This document shows, piece by piece, positions 1-10,860 of a stretch of DNA of 64,000 bases. Position numbers and translations under genes: made by a program. Source of the stretch: Basidiobolus meristosporus CBS 931.73 (Eukaryota > Fungi > Basidiobolomycota). The notes beneath the pieces were generated by a model that was not told the DNA's origin, did not search any database, and was given only the letters and a program-made list of their open reading frames with translations. The DNA lies in NCBI GenBank assembly GCA_002104905.1, contig MCFE01000184.1:1-64000 (forward strand), given 5' to 3'. The stretch's first letter is position 1. Every line of letters starts with the position of its first letter.

Positions 1-273
1 ACCAACCTGGTGGGCCCGGCCTTGCCTGGCCATCAATAGGTCCCACACACCCCATTTCTTTACGCCCCTTCTCACTTGTACCGGTATCGGGGCTTTCCCC
101 CCCCCATTCCGACTCATCCTCCCAATAGCCGTCCTGCGGCTCATCACCATCACCAGTCGGATGGAAGCGGCTTGGATCCACCTAGGCAAGGAATGCGAGA
201 ATTCCCTAAGCCAGCGTGGGTTGGCTCGTCCCATGGAACCAGGCTCGCCCGACCTGTCTCACCTAAAGCCACA
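1..273. other. CpG-rich segment, possibly the terminal part of a young LTR entering from the left of the window
   Basis: Many CG dinucleotides to ~273, ending ...AAAGCCACA (an LTR-like CA end), then a shift to CpG-poor sequence resembling the decayed DNA transposon (AAGTACCCAAAGGTATTTTGCGGATG). No partner copy in the window. Confidence 0.3.
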
Positions 274-548
274 TGAGGATTGTTCCTAGGCAAATCCCTG
301 GTAGGTTGTCTTGCTGGGTGGGCCAAAGTGGGCCAAGTACCCAAAGGTATTTTGCGGATGTTCAGGAAGGGATCATGGCAAAGGTGGCGGCAACAGTTTG
401 CATGTTTCCAAGATGCACATGCTGCCAGCAATATGTTGTAAATTTTGTAACCACACCTAAATATTCCCTTATGTGGGCCACTTGGACCATAACCAACAAA
501 TCTTTGAATATCTCACCAGAACATTAGATACACTGGACATGAAACATC

Positions 549-881
549 TGCTGTAAAAATTCGGAATTCCACCTAAATATTCACCTAACTTGGTCACTAG
601 GATCATTACCTACAAAATCTTGGAGAACACCGACCAAATTCCTTGTTGGGATTTACTTGGAATATTTGCCCAGAACATGAAAATTAGTTAAGTCATCCAA
701 ACAGCTCCAAACTTTGCACACATGTTCTTGGGACCTTCCTAAGCCTATTCTACATGTTTGTTATGCCAAGACTATGTGAAAGCATAAATACTACTTTTGC
801 ATTCAATAAATCATCAAGTGAACACCACATAATCCACTTGTTCTCCCAATCACTTCCAATATCTCCACAACTCTTACAACA
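549..881 (+). repeat. 5' LTR of decayed Copia-1 copy
   Basis: TGCTGTAAAAAT...CTCTTACAACA, colinear with the reverse complement of 10500-10849. Confidence 0.9.
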
Positions 882-914
882 GGTTACAAGCCTCAAGTTG
901 TTGCTCTCTGCAAT

Positions 915-1125
915 AGACTTGTTCCATTGTGCTATTGATCATAGTGCCGGAAAGTGCTGTATATTTTGTTATTAATTTGATATTTTAGGGTCATATGCAT
1001 ATCAATTTTGAACCCAAATTGGCACAGTATGGCACCATCTGGCACTCTGTGGCATGATCAGGCACCATCTGGCATGCTATGGCACTATTGGGCACTATGA
1101 TCAGCTGGAATGATGGAACAAGTCC
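915..1125. mobile_element. 211-bp MITE (AGACTTGTTCCA TIR family), TSD AAT
   Basis: It interrupts the Copia leader (intact copy reads CTCTCTGCAATGTCTAC). Termini are AGACTTGTTCCA...TGGAACAAGTC(C), with AAT at 912-914 and 1126-1128 and internal GGCACYAT subrepeats. Confidence 0.9.
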
Positions 1126-3869
1126 AATGTCTACCACTGCTATCACTGGAATTCTTTCCTCTGCTGAAAAGTTGAATGGATCCAACTACCAAGTGTGGAA
1201 GCTGAAGATGAAGATGCTGCTACAAGAAAGAGGCCTTTGGGATATTGCCATGGGAGAAGATTGCCTCCATAAAAATGTGGGAGAGTAAGCCTTAAAGTAC
1301 CAGAAGAAGGAACAAAGTACCTTTAACTGCATTTGCCCTCATGTCAAAGACAAATTGCTAATTCAATTCTCAGGAGCAAAAACAGCAAAGAATGCCTGGA
1401 AAGCATTAGAAGTCACCTGCCAGTCATGCTTAGCGGCTAAGAAGATGTATCTTAGACAAATATTCTTTACTACAAAGATGCTGCCAGGAGAAGTAATGAA
1501 AAATCTATTCAACAGAATTACACTGCTGGTGGATGAGATGGAATCCATAAGTGTACCTACTACTGATGAGGATGTGATAATTGCAATCCTGAATAGCCTG
1601 CCAGATAGGTTTCTGGCCCTTGTTTCAGCCTTAGAGTCCAGAACTGAAGATTTGACCTTAAATTACATATATGGAAGGCTCCTGGATGAAGGATTAAGAA
1701 AATCAAGTGCCAATAAGTAGGAAGTAGATAATACTTTAATAAGCAGTGATAACTAACAAAGGAGGTACTCAAAACCCTTCAAAGCAATAGCAACCCGTTT
1801 TGCAACTACTGCAAAAAGAAAGGACACACATTAGACCAATACTTCAGAAAGAGAGAAAATCAGCAAAAGAAACCTGAATATGGAAATGCACCAACAACAG
1901 AAGATTGACTTTTCATATCTGCTCTAAATATGACCACAAACAAGGATTCTCAGATGTGGTACATTGACTCTGAAGCATCTCAACACTTTACAACCAAAAA
2001 GAACTTTTTACCTTATATTAAGAAATTCTAATTAAGAAGGTTTTCATGGGTGACAATAGAACATTTGATGCAGTGGGAGAAGGAGCTATCCAAGTAAACC
2101 TTAGAAGTGGTGAAGGAAGCTATATGCAGACAATTAAAGAAGTACTTTATGTACCAGAAATAGTCAAGAACCTACTATCTGTAAGTAAGGCCACAGTAGA
2201 AGGACTCAGCTTCAGCTTTGACAATTCTGGATGCACGGTCACAGATCAAAATGGTATCCATATTGCTTTAGGTGTTAGGGATCAGAATCAATAAAAGTTG
2301 GCTTGTATTCCATCATATCTGAAAGTCAACATAGAAGCACCAATGCTTTGGTACACAAGATTTGGACACATCAATTTTGATTATTTGTGCAAAATGATCA
2401 AAGATCACCATATTTTTGGAGTAAAATTGATCCTCTGTCTAATTGGGAGCACCATGAAGCCTGCATACCTGGTAAGTAAGCTAGACAGCTACACATGAGC
2501 TAGTTGCCAATAAAAACTAAGAAAAAGCTAGATTTAAATTACTCAGATCCATGTAGACCTATGCAAAATGTATCCTTAGGTGTGCCTCAGAATTAATCAA
2601 TATATGAGTCAAAAAGTGTAAAATGCTTTTTTTGAGCTACTGCAATGAGTGTAAGGCATACAAACTCTGAAATACCAACTCAAATCAGCTGATTAAGTCT
2701 AGGGATGTGCTGTTTGTTGAAAATTCAAATTTTTCACAAAAAATGGCATCAGATGATGATAAAAATCTGATCTCAAGTCAACCAAAGGCCAGATTTGAAT
2801 CAGAACAGAACAATGAGAGCTTCTTCACTCTAGAGGACCTGGCAAATGTGTTTCAGCCCAAGTCAGTGCCAAGGAATATCCCAAAAGTGGTCATTCCAGT
2901 ATCTCAAACCAGGAGATCCAACTGGACCAGATATAGCCCAAATTACTATATCAATGAGGGTACCAACTTAGCCTGTGCTAATTAGGTCCATATTGATGAG
3001 CCCCAGACTATAAAAGAGGCCCTAAATAGCCCGCAGACAAAGTTGTGGTGATGTGCAATGACAGAGGAGTATCATGCCCTGATAGAAAATCAAACCTGGG
3101 GCTTAGGCAAATTACCAGTCAACCAAAGATCAATTGGATGCAGATGGGCCTTTAAGACAAAATACAAGGCTGACAGTACAATCAAAAGATACATAGCAAG
3201 ACTTATGGCCAAAGAATACTCTCAAACAAAGGGACTCAACTATACTGAGACCTTTGCACTGGTAGCCAAGTTTGGTTCCATCAGATAAATATTGGCTATT
3301 GCAGCCAAATATAGGTTTTTGTATATCAGATGGATATAAAAGCTGCATCTTTGAGTGAAGAACTTGATGAAGATGTGTATATGGTCCAGTCTGATGGGTT
3401 TGTTGACCAAGATAACCTCAATTTGGCTTGCAAGCTTAAAAAATCTCTATATGGATTCATAGAATCAACAAGAGCCTGGTATTGCAAGATAGACTCCTAT
3501 TTGGAATCTTTGAGTTTCAAAGGGGTAATGCTGACCACAGTATCTACCATGAGTCAGGTATAGCAAATTTGGTTCAATAAGCTCTATATGTGGACAATCT
3601 TATTATAGCTACCAATAGCCTAGAAACCTTGGAAGAGACTAAATTCCACCCATATAAGGAATTCAAGATGTACAATCTAGGAGAGCTCAATTATTACTTA
3701 ATGATAGAGTGCTTCATAGACATAATTACCCAGACTGTCACCCTAAGTTAATCCAAGCATATTCCAGATACACTCAAGAAATCAATCCAAGCATATTCAA
3801 GCTATACTCAACAAGTGCCAAATGAAATACTGTAAACCCTTTAAAAAACAATTGTGACAATCCCATCAA

Positions 3870-6800
3870 AAGGCTGTCACAGAGTTGAAGTCCCATGACT
3901 AAGAGGTAGTGATCCCATCAGGATACTGTGCAAAGACTGTTGCAACATAAGTGCTTCCCAGTTTTCACCAAGAATTTGGTCAAATATTTTCACCATTACA
4001 AATCAAAAGTTGCTTTTGATTGGTCCACTGCCAATTCTCTCACTTTCTAATCCCTGCAACTCAATCACCTCCTATATTTGTGTACTTCTATTGGCTATTG
4101 CATCTTTTTCACATTCTACACTTCATGACTCAACCAATTCACTTATTTTTCATCCATACATATTGATATATTTTGGTTGAAAATCCAGTTGTACCTCAAT
4201 TGCCAATTGTATTGACCTATACAGGTCCCTAAGCCCTACACTAACATTAAACCAGCCCCACACTCAACAAGAAACTCCATCAAAATCCTCCATTCAATAA
4301 GTATTTCTGCTGAAGTGCCCTAATTGCCTCATGAATGCTTAAGTATGACTGAAAACAAACTTGCTAATACAGGTAGTGGTGATGTCATGATGATCACTTG
4401 CTGATCTTCAATCAGAGGAACTGCATTTATTACATTCTGATGTGCCTGCATATTGTGGTCAGCTTGCGGCTCTGAAGAGATTCTCATTTACCTACTAGAC
4501 TGGGAGCCTGAGGAGACCCCATTATTTTCTTCAGTAGACACATTGACTACAGGGCCCTTTTTAGATGTAGTCCTGCTTGTTGCACTGAATGTCAACTCAA
4601 GGTATTGTCCAACAATTCTTCTGCTGCTGTCAATGTTGGGGTTTTCTTGGGAACTTGACAACTTTACTTTATTTTTTGGGGGTGTTGATATGGAATTGAG
4701 TGGAACCAAAGGGGAAAGAGCAACATATATGTGTGTATGTGGTGCCACAGCTTTATTTATAATATGTACTATGGCTGGTCATCATTGTATCTTACATTCT
4801 TGTAGGTGCAATTTCTCAAATACAAGACTGTCCTAAATTCACATGAAGATTGACAAAAAAGTGATATAATTGTGTTGCATTATTGAGTGTCAAGCTATTT
4901 GCCCCATGAGCAAGACTACTTTGATTCAACATTGTAAGAGAAGCAAAAAAAGACCATGTGGCAATTGTAACAAGCCTCTCAGCCATGAAGCACACAGACA
5001 GCATAGAAAGTATTGCAAGGATCATGGCAAGTGCTTTGCTGCACAAGCCATATTTGACCACTCATCAGTTACTACAGTACCAACAATATCTTGCAGGCCA
5101 CTGATACTTGTATAATGGCACCTAGCCATGCTTGTCACCTTGCGCAACCCAAGTCAGCAGAGGTTGTGATGCATTTAGGCTCACCTCAGCCTTCTCAATA
5201 TGGCATGTAGAGTCATAGCTATGAAAGAGAAGGCTCATAGATAGATTGTGAGCCTATCTCCCTTAACAACAGTACCCTGCATTAGCCCAGCCAAATTCCA
5301 ATATGTAATGAGACAACACCATAGAAAAGAATCCCACGGATACTTTATGGAGCCAAGTGAGCCCAGTAATTCATCAGCTGTTGAATGATGTGATGTTGTG
5401 GCTAGAGAAGTGGCATGTTTGCCCAAGTATCATTAATGGGAGCTTTGAGGATTTACTATTACTTCTTGCTAAAGTCATTGAAAGTGCAACTTATAGTCTA
5501 ATTGGTACAAATGAACAACCATCATGCAGCTGGAAACATATGACCCAGAGACCATCCTGATACCAGCATGTGTTAACAGTGACATGGCTTTCACATCAGA
5601 AAAATGCCAACATTCAAAGTATCCAACTTGTCAGAATTCCTCTACCATCCAAGGAAAGCATTGCTCACACTCCAGATATATACCAGTAATAAACCATATC
5701 AAGAAGCTTATGCAGTCCAACAACTTTTGTGAAGCTACAAAGTGCAGCACTTAGCATCAATAAAGTGTGAATATTTCCTATATATATTTGATGGCAAACA
5801 TTACAAACAGCAGGAAGCAAGGGTTACTTTGAAGGTATGTATGCCCATGCCTTGTCCTTGGCACTCAATGAATTCTCATTAAACAAGTACTCTACCAGCA
5901 AATCCTGCTGGCTACTGATTCTCATCAACCTGATTCTTCCACCTATCCTACAGTATCAGAGCAGAAATCTGATGGTAGTCTCACTGGTATCCAGGCCTAA
6001 ATCTCCATCCAATCTGGACAGCTACCTGTATCCATTGCTGGATAAGCTTTGTGTTCCTTTCAGCAGGATACCACTAAGTAGCCAGCATAACAAAGTCCAT
6101 ATTATTATCTGCATTGGATTTACCCCAGTCATCAGTGAGATGGCCAGCCTTTCTGGGCACAATGAATGATACTGCTGTCAAATGTCAAAGATCCAGGGGA
6201 TTTACTCCATGACTCACTCATATTATTATTATCCAAACACCAACACTAGGTTCATCATGCTCCCACAGAGGGAACGTACAGAAGTCATCATGTAACTATA
6301 GCAGAGTTGGCAAGTTTTAAGCCATTGGATGAAACATGTAATTAAATGGAAACCAGAAATAATTAAGACAGAGGGTATTTTTTTAGAGCATAAGCTTTCT
6401 GCTGCAAGTAATGCTCATGCTTGTCAACAATATCCCTATACTAATGACCAAAATATATATGGGGTGTTTCAAGCTGAATGAGCCCTTGTAGATACCAGAG
6501 AAATTTGATAGAATTGGCCCAATACTACAAAGTATCCACTATCCAAAGTATATCTCACAGGCTCCAATCAATATTCATTCTCATATGCAACAATTAAAAT
6601 GCAAGGACTGGATGAACTGGATGTGCATATGCTGCAGTGGCCTTCTGAAGCCATTTATATCAAGAGTACATTGGAAGCATTAGGGGTTGTATCTTGAAAT
6701 TATATGAATATTTATCTAGAATAGTACCACCAATACCAACTTGACACATCTACTGCTTTTATGCAAGGAGTTTATCACAGAATTTGAGTGGCTTTACTAC

Positions 6801-9304
6801 AAGCATAATGTTGAATGTGTAGATCTCTGCTGCTACTGCAACTATTCTCTAGTCCATCTTGCTTGATGTGTGGAAGATATTAGGGGTTGCTTCACCTTTT
6901 GGGAGTTTCCAATAATGCGGATATGCAGGGAGATAGGAAGACAAGTCAAGTTGCAGGTACTACTATATTTAAGTCTCATCATGAAAGTTACCTTCAAGTC
7001 CATCATGGTTGTGATGAATTGGCACATGGAGGATAGCCTGGAAGAATTAGAAAATACTGAGGACTGATGTGCACATGAAGACACTATTGCCTATGGCAAT
7101 AAGAAGCCAAGCAGCCCCAATGTGTGGGTTATCAGTTAAGTAATGCAAAGTTGGGTTGGGTGCAACAAGCAACTAATTTTTATTTGGAAAACATTACCAA
7201 AGTATGCTAGGACTATCCTGGTAACAAGCCAACTTCTACACTGTTTGATACTGAATTCACACAAACAAGAGCCAGAGTTAACCTATAAGAAGGACTAGAA
7301 TTCAGCAGGGAGAAGAAGCATACAGGACAAATCCAAAGAAGCTCTTTGCAGATACTAAGGAGGTATTCATGGCAAAAGTAGAGGCAACTGTGCATATGTT
7401 TGCAAGATGTATATGTTGCCAGTAGTACAAGGTATATGGCAACTTTGCAAGTATCAAGCTAAAAAGTTGTAAAGTTGAGGTGATAGAAGTATGTCAATTG
7501 TGTAGGTGTGCACATTTGTAGAGGTGAGTAGCAGGAGGCCATAGTATTTTTTGATTCAGACTATATGTAGAATACCCAAGGTAGTAGTAGGTAAGCAAAT
7601 AAAGAGGGGCATTCAGCAGTGGAATGTATGAATGGTACCAGGGGAGGTAGACAAAGTAAATACCACTTAGTTAGATGATACAGTAGCATTATAGAAAACT
7701 ATCTGTTGGCTGCAGTATTGCCATTATAATGCCAGCAGAGGTTTGCAATGAGGTCATCAGAGCACTGTCAAGCTTCTTGCTATATTAGGCAACTAGATGC
7801 ATCAGATGGCTAGGTCTGCTCAAATAAATGAAGATTGCATTAAGACCATTGCAATGCCATGCAGCTCTTGTCAAAAGACCACTTAAGCACTGTAAAGTCT
7901 TCAATTTTATTTGGCAATAATATCAACAAAAAGCTGCCACAATCCCATCATAAGAATGTATGGAGGGTTGTTTATTCCAAGCTGCCAGCATTATAACAGA
8001 CTCATTGCTGGAGCCTGATGGCTGATCCAGATTGGAACCACCTGCTGGACCAAATTATTTTTCATTGGGAGACTGAGAGCAATGCCAATGAAGAAAAGCT
8101 TTACTTGATGAGAACTCAGCCAAATCAAGAGAGCTTGGTGCCATCCAAAAGCCCTGATTTTACTTATCAGCATATGGTAACAGTCTGATACAAATTAAGT
8201 TGGGAGCATGTCCAGATATTTCACATTCAGTGGGAGTTGTCAGTCCTGTCAAGCTACAAGTGATGCAATGTGGCTTAGGAAGCATTTTTAACATTTAAGC
8301 TTGTGTTAAAAAATACCTAATTTCTTATTGCACAATAACTAAGGATGTGTTCACCCTACAAAAAGTAACTTGGTCCTGTGGGTGAATCTAGTCCAAATTA
8401 ACCATCTAGTTCCTGCCATGAGGCTGTCAAAATGACCGCAGATTGAAATTATTGACCCTCCTTAATGTCTTGTGATGGTGTTTTGCTGAATATACTGCTC
8501 AATAGGCAAATGAACATATCAGTAGTATAATGATCCTGGTGAAATATTTCAATTGTATTTCCATGACTCTATTGTGACCTACTCTTACTTGAGAAGACCT
8601 AACCAGCTAGCATATCCAATTGCCATATAGGGAGAAAGTCTTGATGGTATTTTGGTGTCCTTGCTGTAAACATCTAGTGGCATTGTTATGGCAGTATGAC
8701 AGCCAATAGCTAATGCTGCATAATGCTACTCTTCCAGCTTGCCAAATGTTATTTCCTGCTGCTACTGCCCCTTGAGCCATTCATATATACCATTGTAGAA
8801 TCACCCCAGTTTATTTGCTTACCTATTACTACTATGGGCAATCCACATAGCATTTGAATAAAGAAAACTATGGCCTCCTGCTAACAAACACTACATATGC
8901 AAACACCTGCTGCAACTGACATACTTCTATCATCTTGCCTTTACAGCTTTTCAGTGCAATGCTTGCCAAGCTGCCATACACCTTGTATTCCTGGCAACAT
9001 AAACATCTCACAAACATATGTGTGGTTGCCACCACTTTTGCCAAGAGTACCTATTAAGTAGCCATAACAAAATTTTTGGTGATGGCCAATGTATTCTTTC
9101 TCCCTGCTGAATTCTTGTACCCCTTTAGATATGCTTTAGTTCCTGTTTGTAAGAATTCTATGCTGAATGGCTTACAATCAGCTGGGACCCAATAGAAATG
9201 CAACATACTTTAGTAAAGTTGTTCTAATAAGAAATAGTTGCATGTTGTGTCTAACTCACCTTGAGCATTACTCAACTGATTACCCATGCATTGGGACTGC
9301 TTAG
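3870..9304. mobile_element. Decayed CACTA/EnSpm-like DNA transposon, copy A (boundaries approximate)
   Basis: Contains a + strand transposase relic and, on the - strand, the start and end of the accessory ORF region (3870-4750 matches 30000-30310 and 31900-32330 in reverse). Termini not identified. Confidence 0.7.
4870..7460 (+). pseudogene. CACTA-type (Tnp2/Transposase_21-like) transposase relic, copy A
   Basis: Fragments: N-terminal CGNCNKPLSHEAHRQHRK; SCWLLILINLILPPILQYQSRNLMVVSLVSRPKSPSNLDSYLYPLLDKL..IICIGFTP..SLSGHN (WPxxLxxxNLPP / PK.ldsyL.PL.dEL / D.PA..k..G..gH pattern of Tnp2); later GCFTFWEFP..RIC.EIGRQV (H..H..GP..W.F..ER region). Multiple stops and frameshifts. Confidence 0.8.
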
Positions 9305-10427
9305 CAATATTGCACTCATTTCTTTATTTTGTCTTTTGCTACTGTAGCCCATAAACAAAATATCAAGATTTTCCAGCATAGAAGGACAAATATCCAAGAC
9401 CTTGACAAGTAATCCTCCCAAGAATACTATGTCATGTAGAGTATTCAGTAGCTAACACATGCTTCAGATTATAGCTCATTTGAGGCAGTATTTAAGGAGT
9501 TACATTCAATAGAGTTCAATAGCAATACATAATTGGCCTTTACTGGTTGGATAACCATAGTGACTTCAATTACATGTAGCTTGTAAGCCAGCCTATCAAA
9601 TGTTGTGAGACTTAAACAGGTGCTGCATCTATGGCCATTTTGTACCACTGCAAAATTATAGCTTGGTATCATGTGTATTGTTGGTGCAATTACCCAAGAA
9701 CCTTGATCCTATGAGTTCTTCACATTAATGACTTCTCCAGCTGAAAAATAAACAGAAGCCTCTCTTTCCAGAAGCTCTACACTACAATTACAGGTTTAAA
9801 GGTATTAAGACCTCCCCTGCTTCACTTGTACTGCTAAATATTTTGACTTTGATTAGTACTTCATCAGTAAAGTGAATGCAAAGCTCACAAGAATCCAAAC
9901 AAAGTTCTACAAGAAAACACCACTATTCTGTTGGAAAAGTCTCCTCTGAGGAGCACCTTGGGTCTAAAAGCACCTTTAGGCACCCCTTCAGTATAAAGTC
10001 CACTTTAGAGACTACTGTAAAGGCCACTTCACACTAGAGAAACCCCTGTAGACACCCCTATGTGTCTTGTGACCCCTTTAGAGAATCATTACCACACCCC
10101 TTTGGGTTAAATGGGAGTTCAAATTTTCAAATAGCTATAAATTTACTCAGAAAGGAAAGTGACTCGCAAATACAGAGAAGTTACTACAGAAGTAAATAAG
10201 CCCAATAACTGACCAAAGGTCAGAACACTGCTGTAGAAGGGAGAAACACTGCCTATAGTATACTGTAAGCCCAAGATTGAGGATACTGGTGAGAATTATA
10301 TGTTATATTAGTATATCAAGCTCCCAATAAGCTATATCAGCATTAGCATACCAAAAGTTGTTGTATATTGTTGATTAGTCTCTAAATTGTGGAACAATCT
10401 ATAAACTAATCATAATATAACACAACA
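9305..10427 (-). repeat. ~1.1-kb LTR-like dispersed repeat, copy 1
   Basis: Colinear with 50057-52173 (same orientation) and 40191-41241 (inverted). One end is TGTTGTGTTRTA in all three copies and the other is near GAGTGCAATATT. No TSD found. Confidence 0.65.
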
Positions 10428-10499
10428 CAAGCAATGCCCAACTTTCTCCAAATACCAAGCAGGATGGAGCAGAGATTGGATGCAGTAGCAGCAGAAATT

Positions 10500-10849
10500 T
10501 GTTGTAAGAGTCTTGGAGATATTGGAAGTGATTGGGAGAACAAGTAGATTATGTGGTTTTCACTTAATGATTTATTGAATGTAAAAGTAGTATTTATACT
10601 TTTACATGGTCTTGGCATTACAAACACGTAGAATAGGTTAAGGAAGGTCCCAAGAACATGTGTGCAAAGTTTGGGGCTGTTTGGACAACTTTGAGAATTT
10701 TCATGTTCTGGGTACCTGGTATTTTGGTGAAAATATTCTAAGTAAATCCCGACAAGGAATTTGGTCAGTATTCTCTAGGATTTGAAGATGATGATCTAAG
10801 TGACTAAGTTAGGTGAATATTTAGGTGGAAAATACGAATTTTTACAACA
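10500..10849 (-). repeat. 3' LTR of Copia-1
   Basis: TGTTGTAAGAG...TTTACAACA on + strand; adjacent PPT TGAGTGGGAG on - strand (10850-10859). Confidence 0.97.
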
Positions 10850-10860
10850 CTCCCACTCAG

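Larger units (their letters stand above)
549..3838 (+). mobile_element. Decayed, 3'-truncated copy of Copia family 1 (LTR, gag, protease, partial integrase, partial RT)
   Basis: 549-881 is the reverse complement of the 10500/14836 LTR with substitutions. It is followed by a decayed PBS (GGTTACAAGCC) and ORF fragments matching the intact element (MSTTAITG.LNGSNYQVWK, KNLLSVSKAT, MTEEYHALIENQTW). Many stops and frameshifts, integrase core largely deleted, ends inside RT near 3838. Confidence 0.93.

Noticed and set aside
754-975. MFVMPR... ORFs (754-975, 10406-10627 and the first 53 codons of 12540-14963)
   Set aside because: They lie in Copia-1 LTR/leader sequence and recur only because the LTR recurs; the real gag start is the ATG at 14804.
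1015-1105. Short GGCACYAT repeats resembling a CRISPR or regulatory array
   Set aside because: They are irregular 8-10 bp subterminal repeats inside a TIR/TSD-bounded MITE, with no constant repeat-spacer period, in eukaryotic context.
3748-3812. ~33-bp tandem duplication near the end of the decayed Copia RT
   Set aside because: An ordinary slippage duplication in dead sequence.
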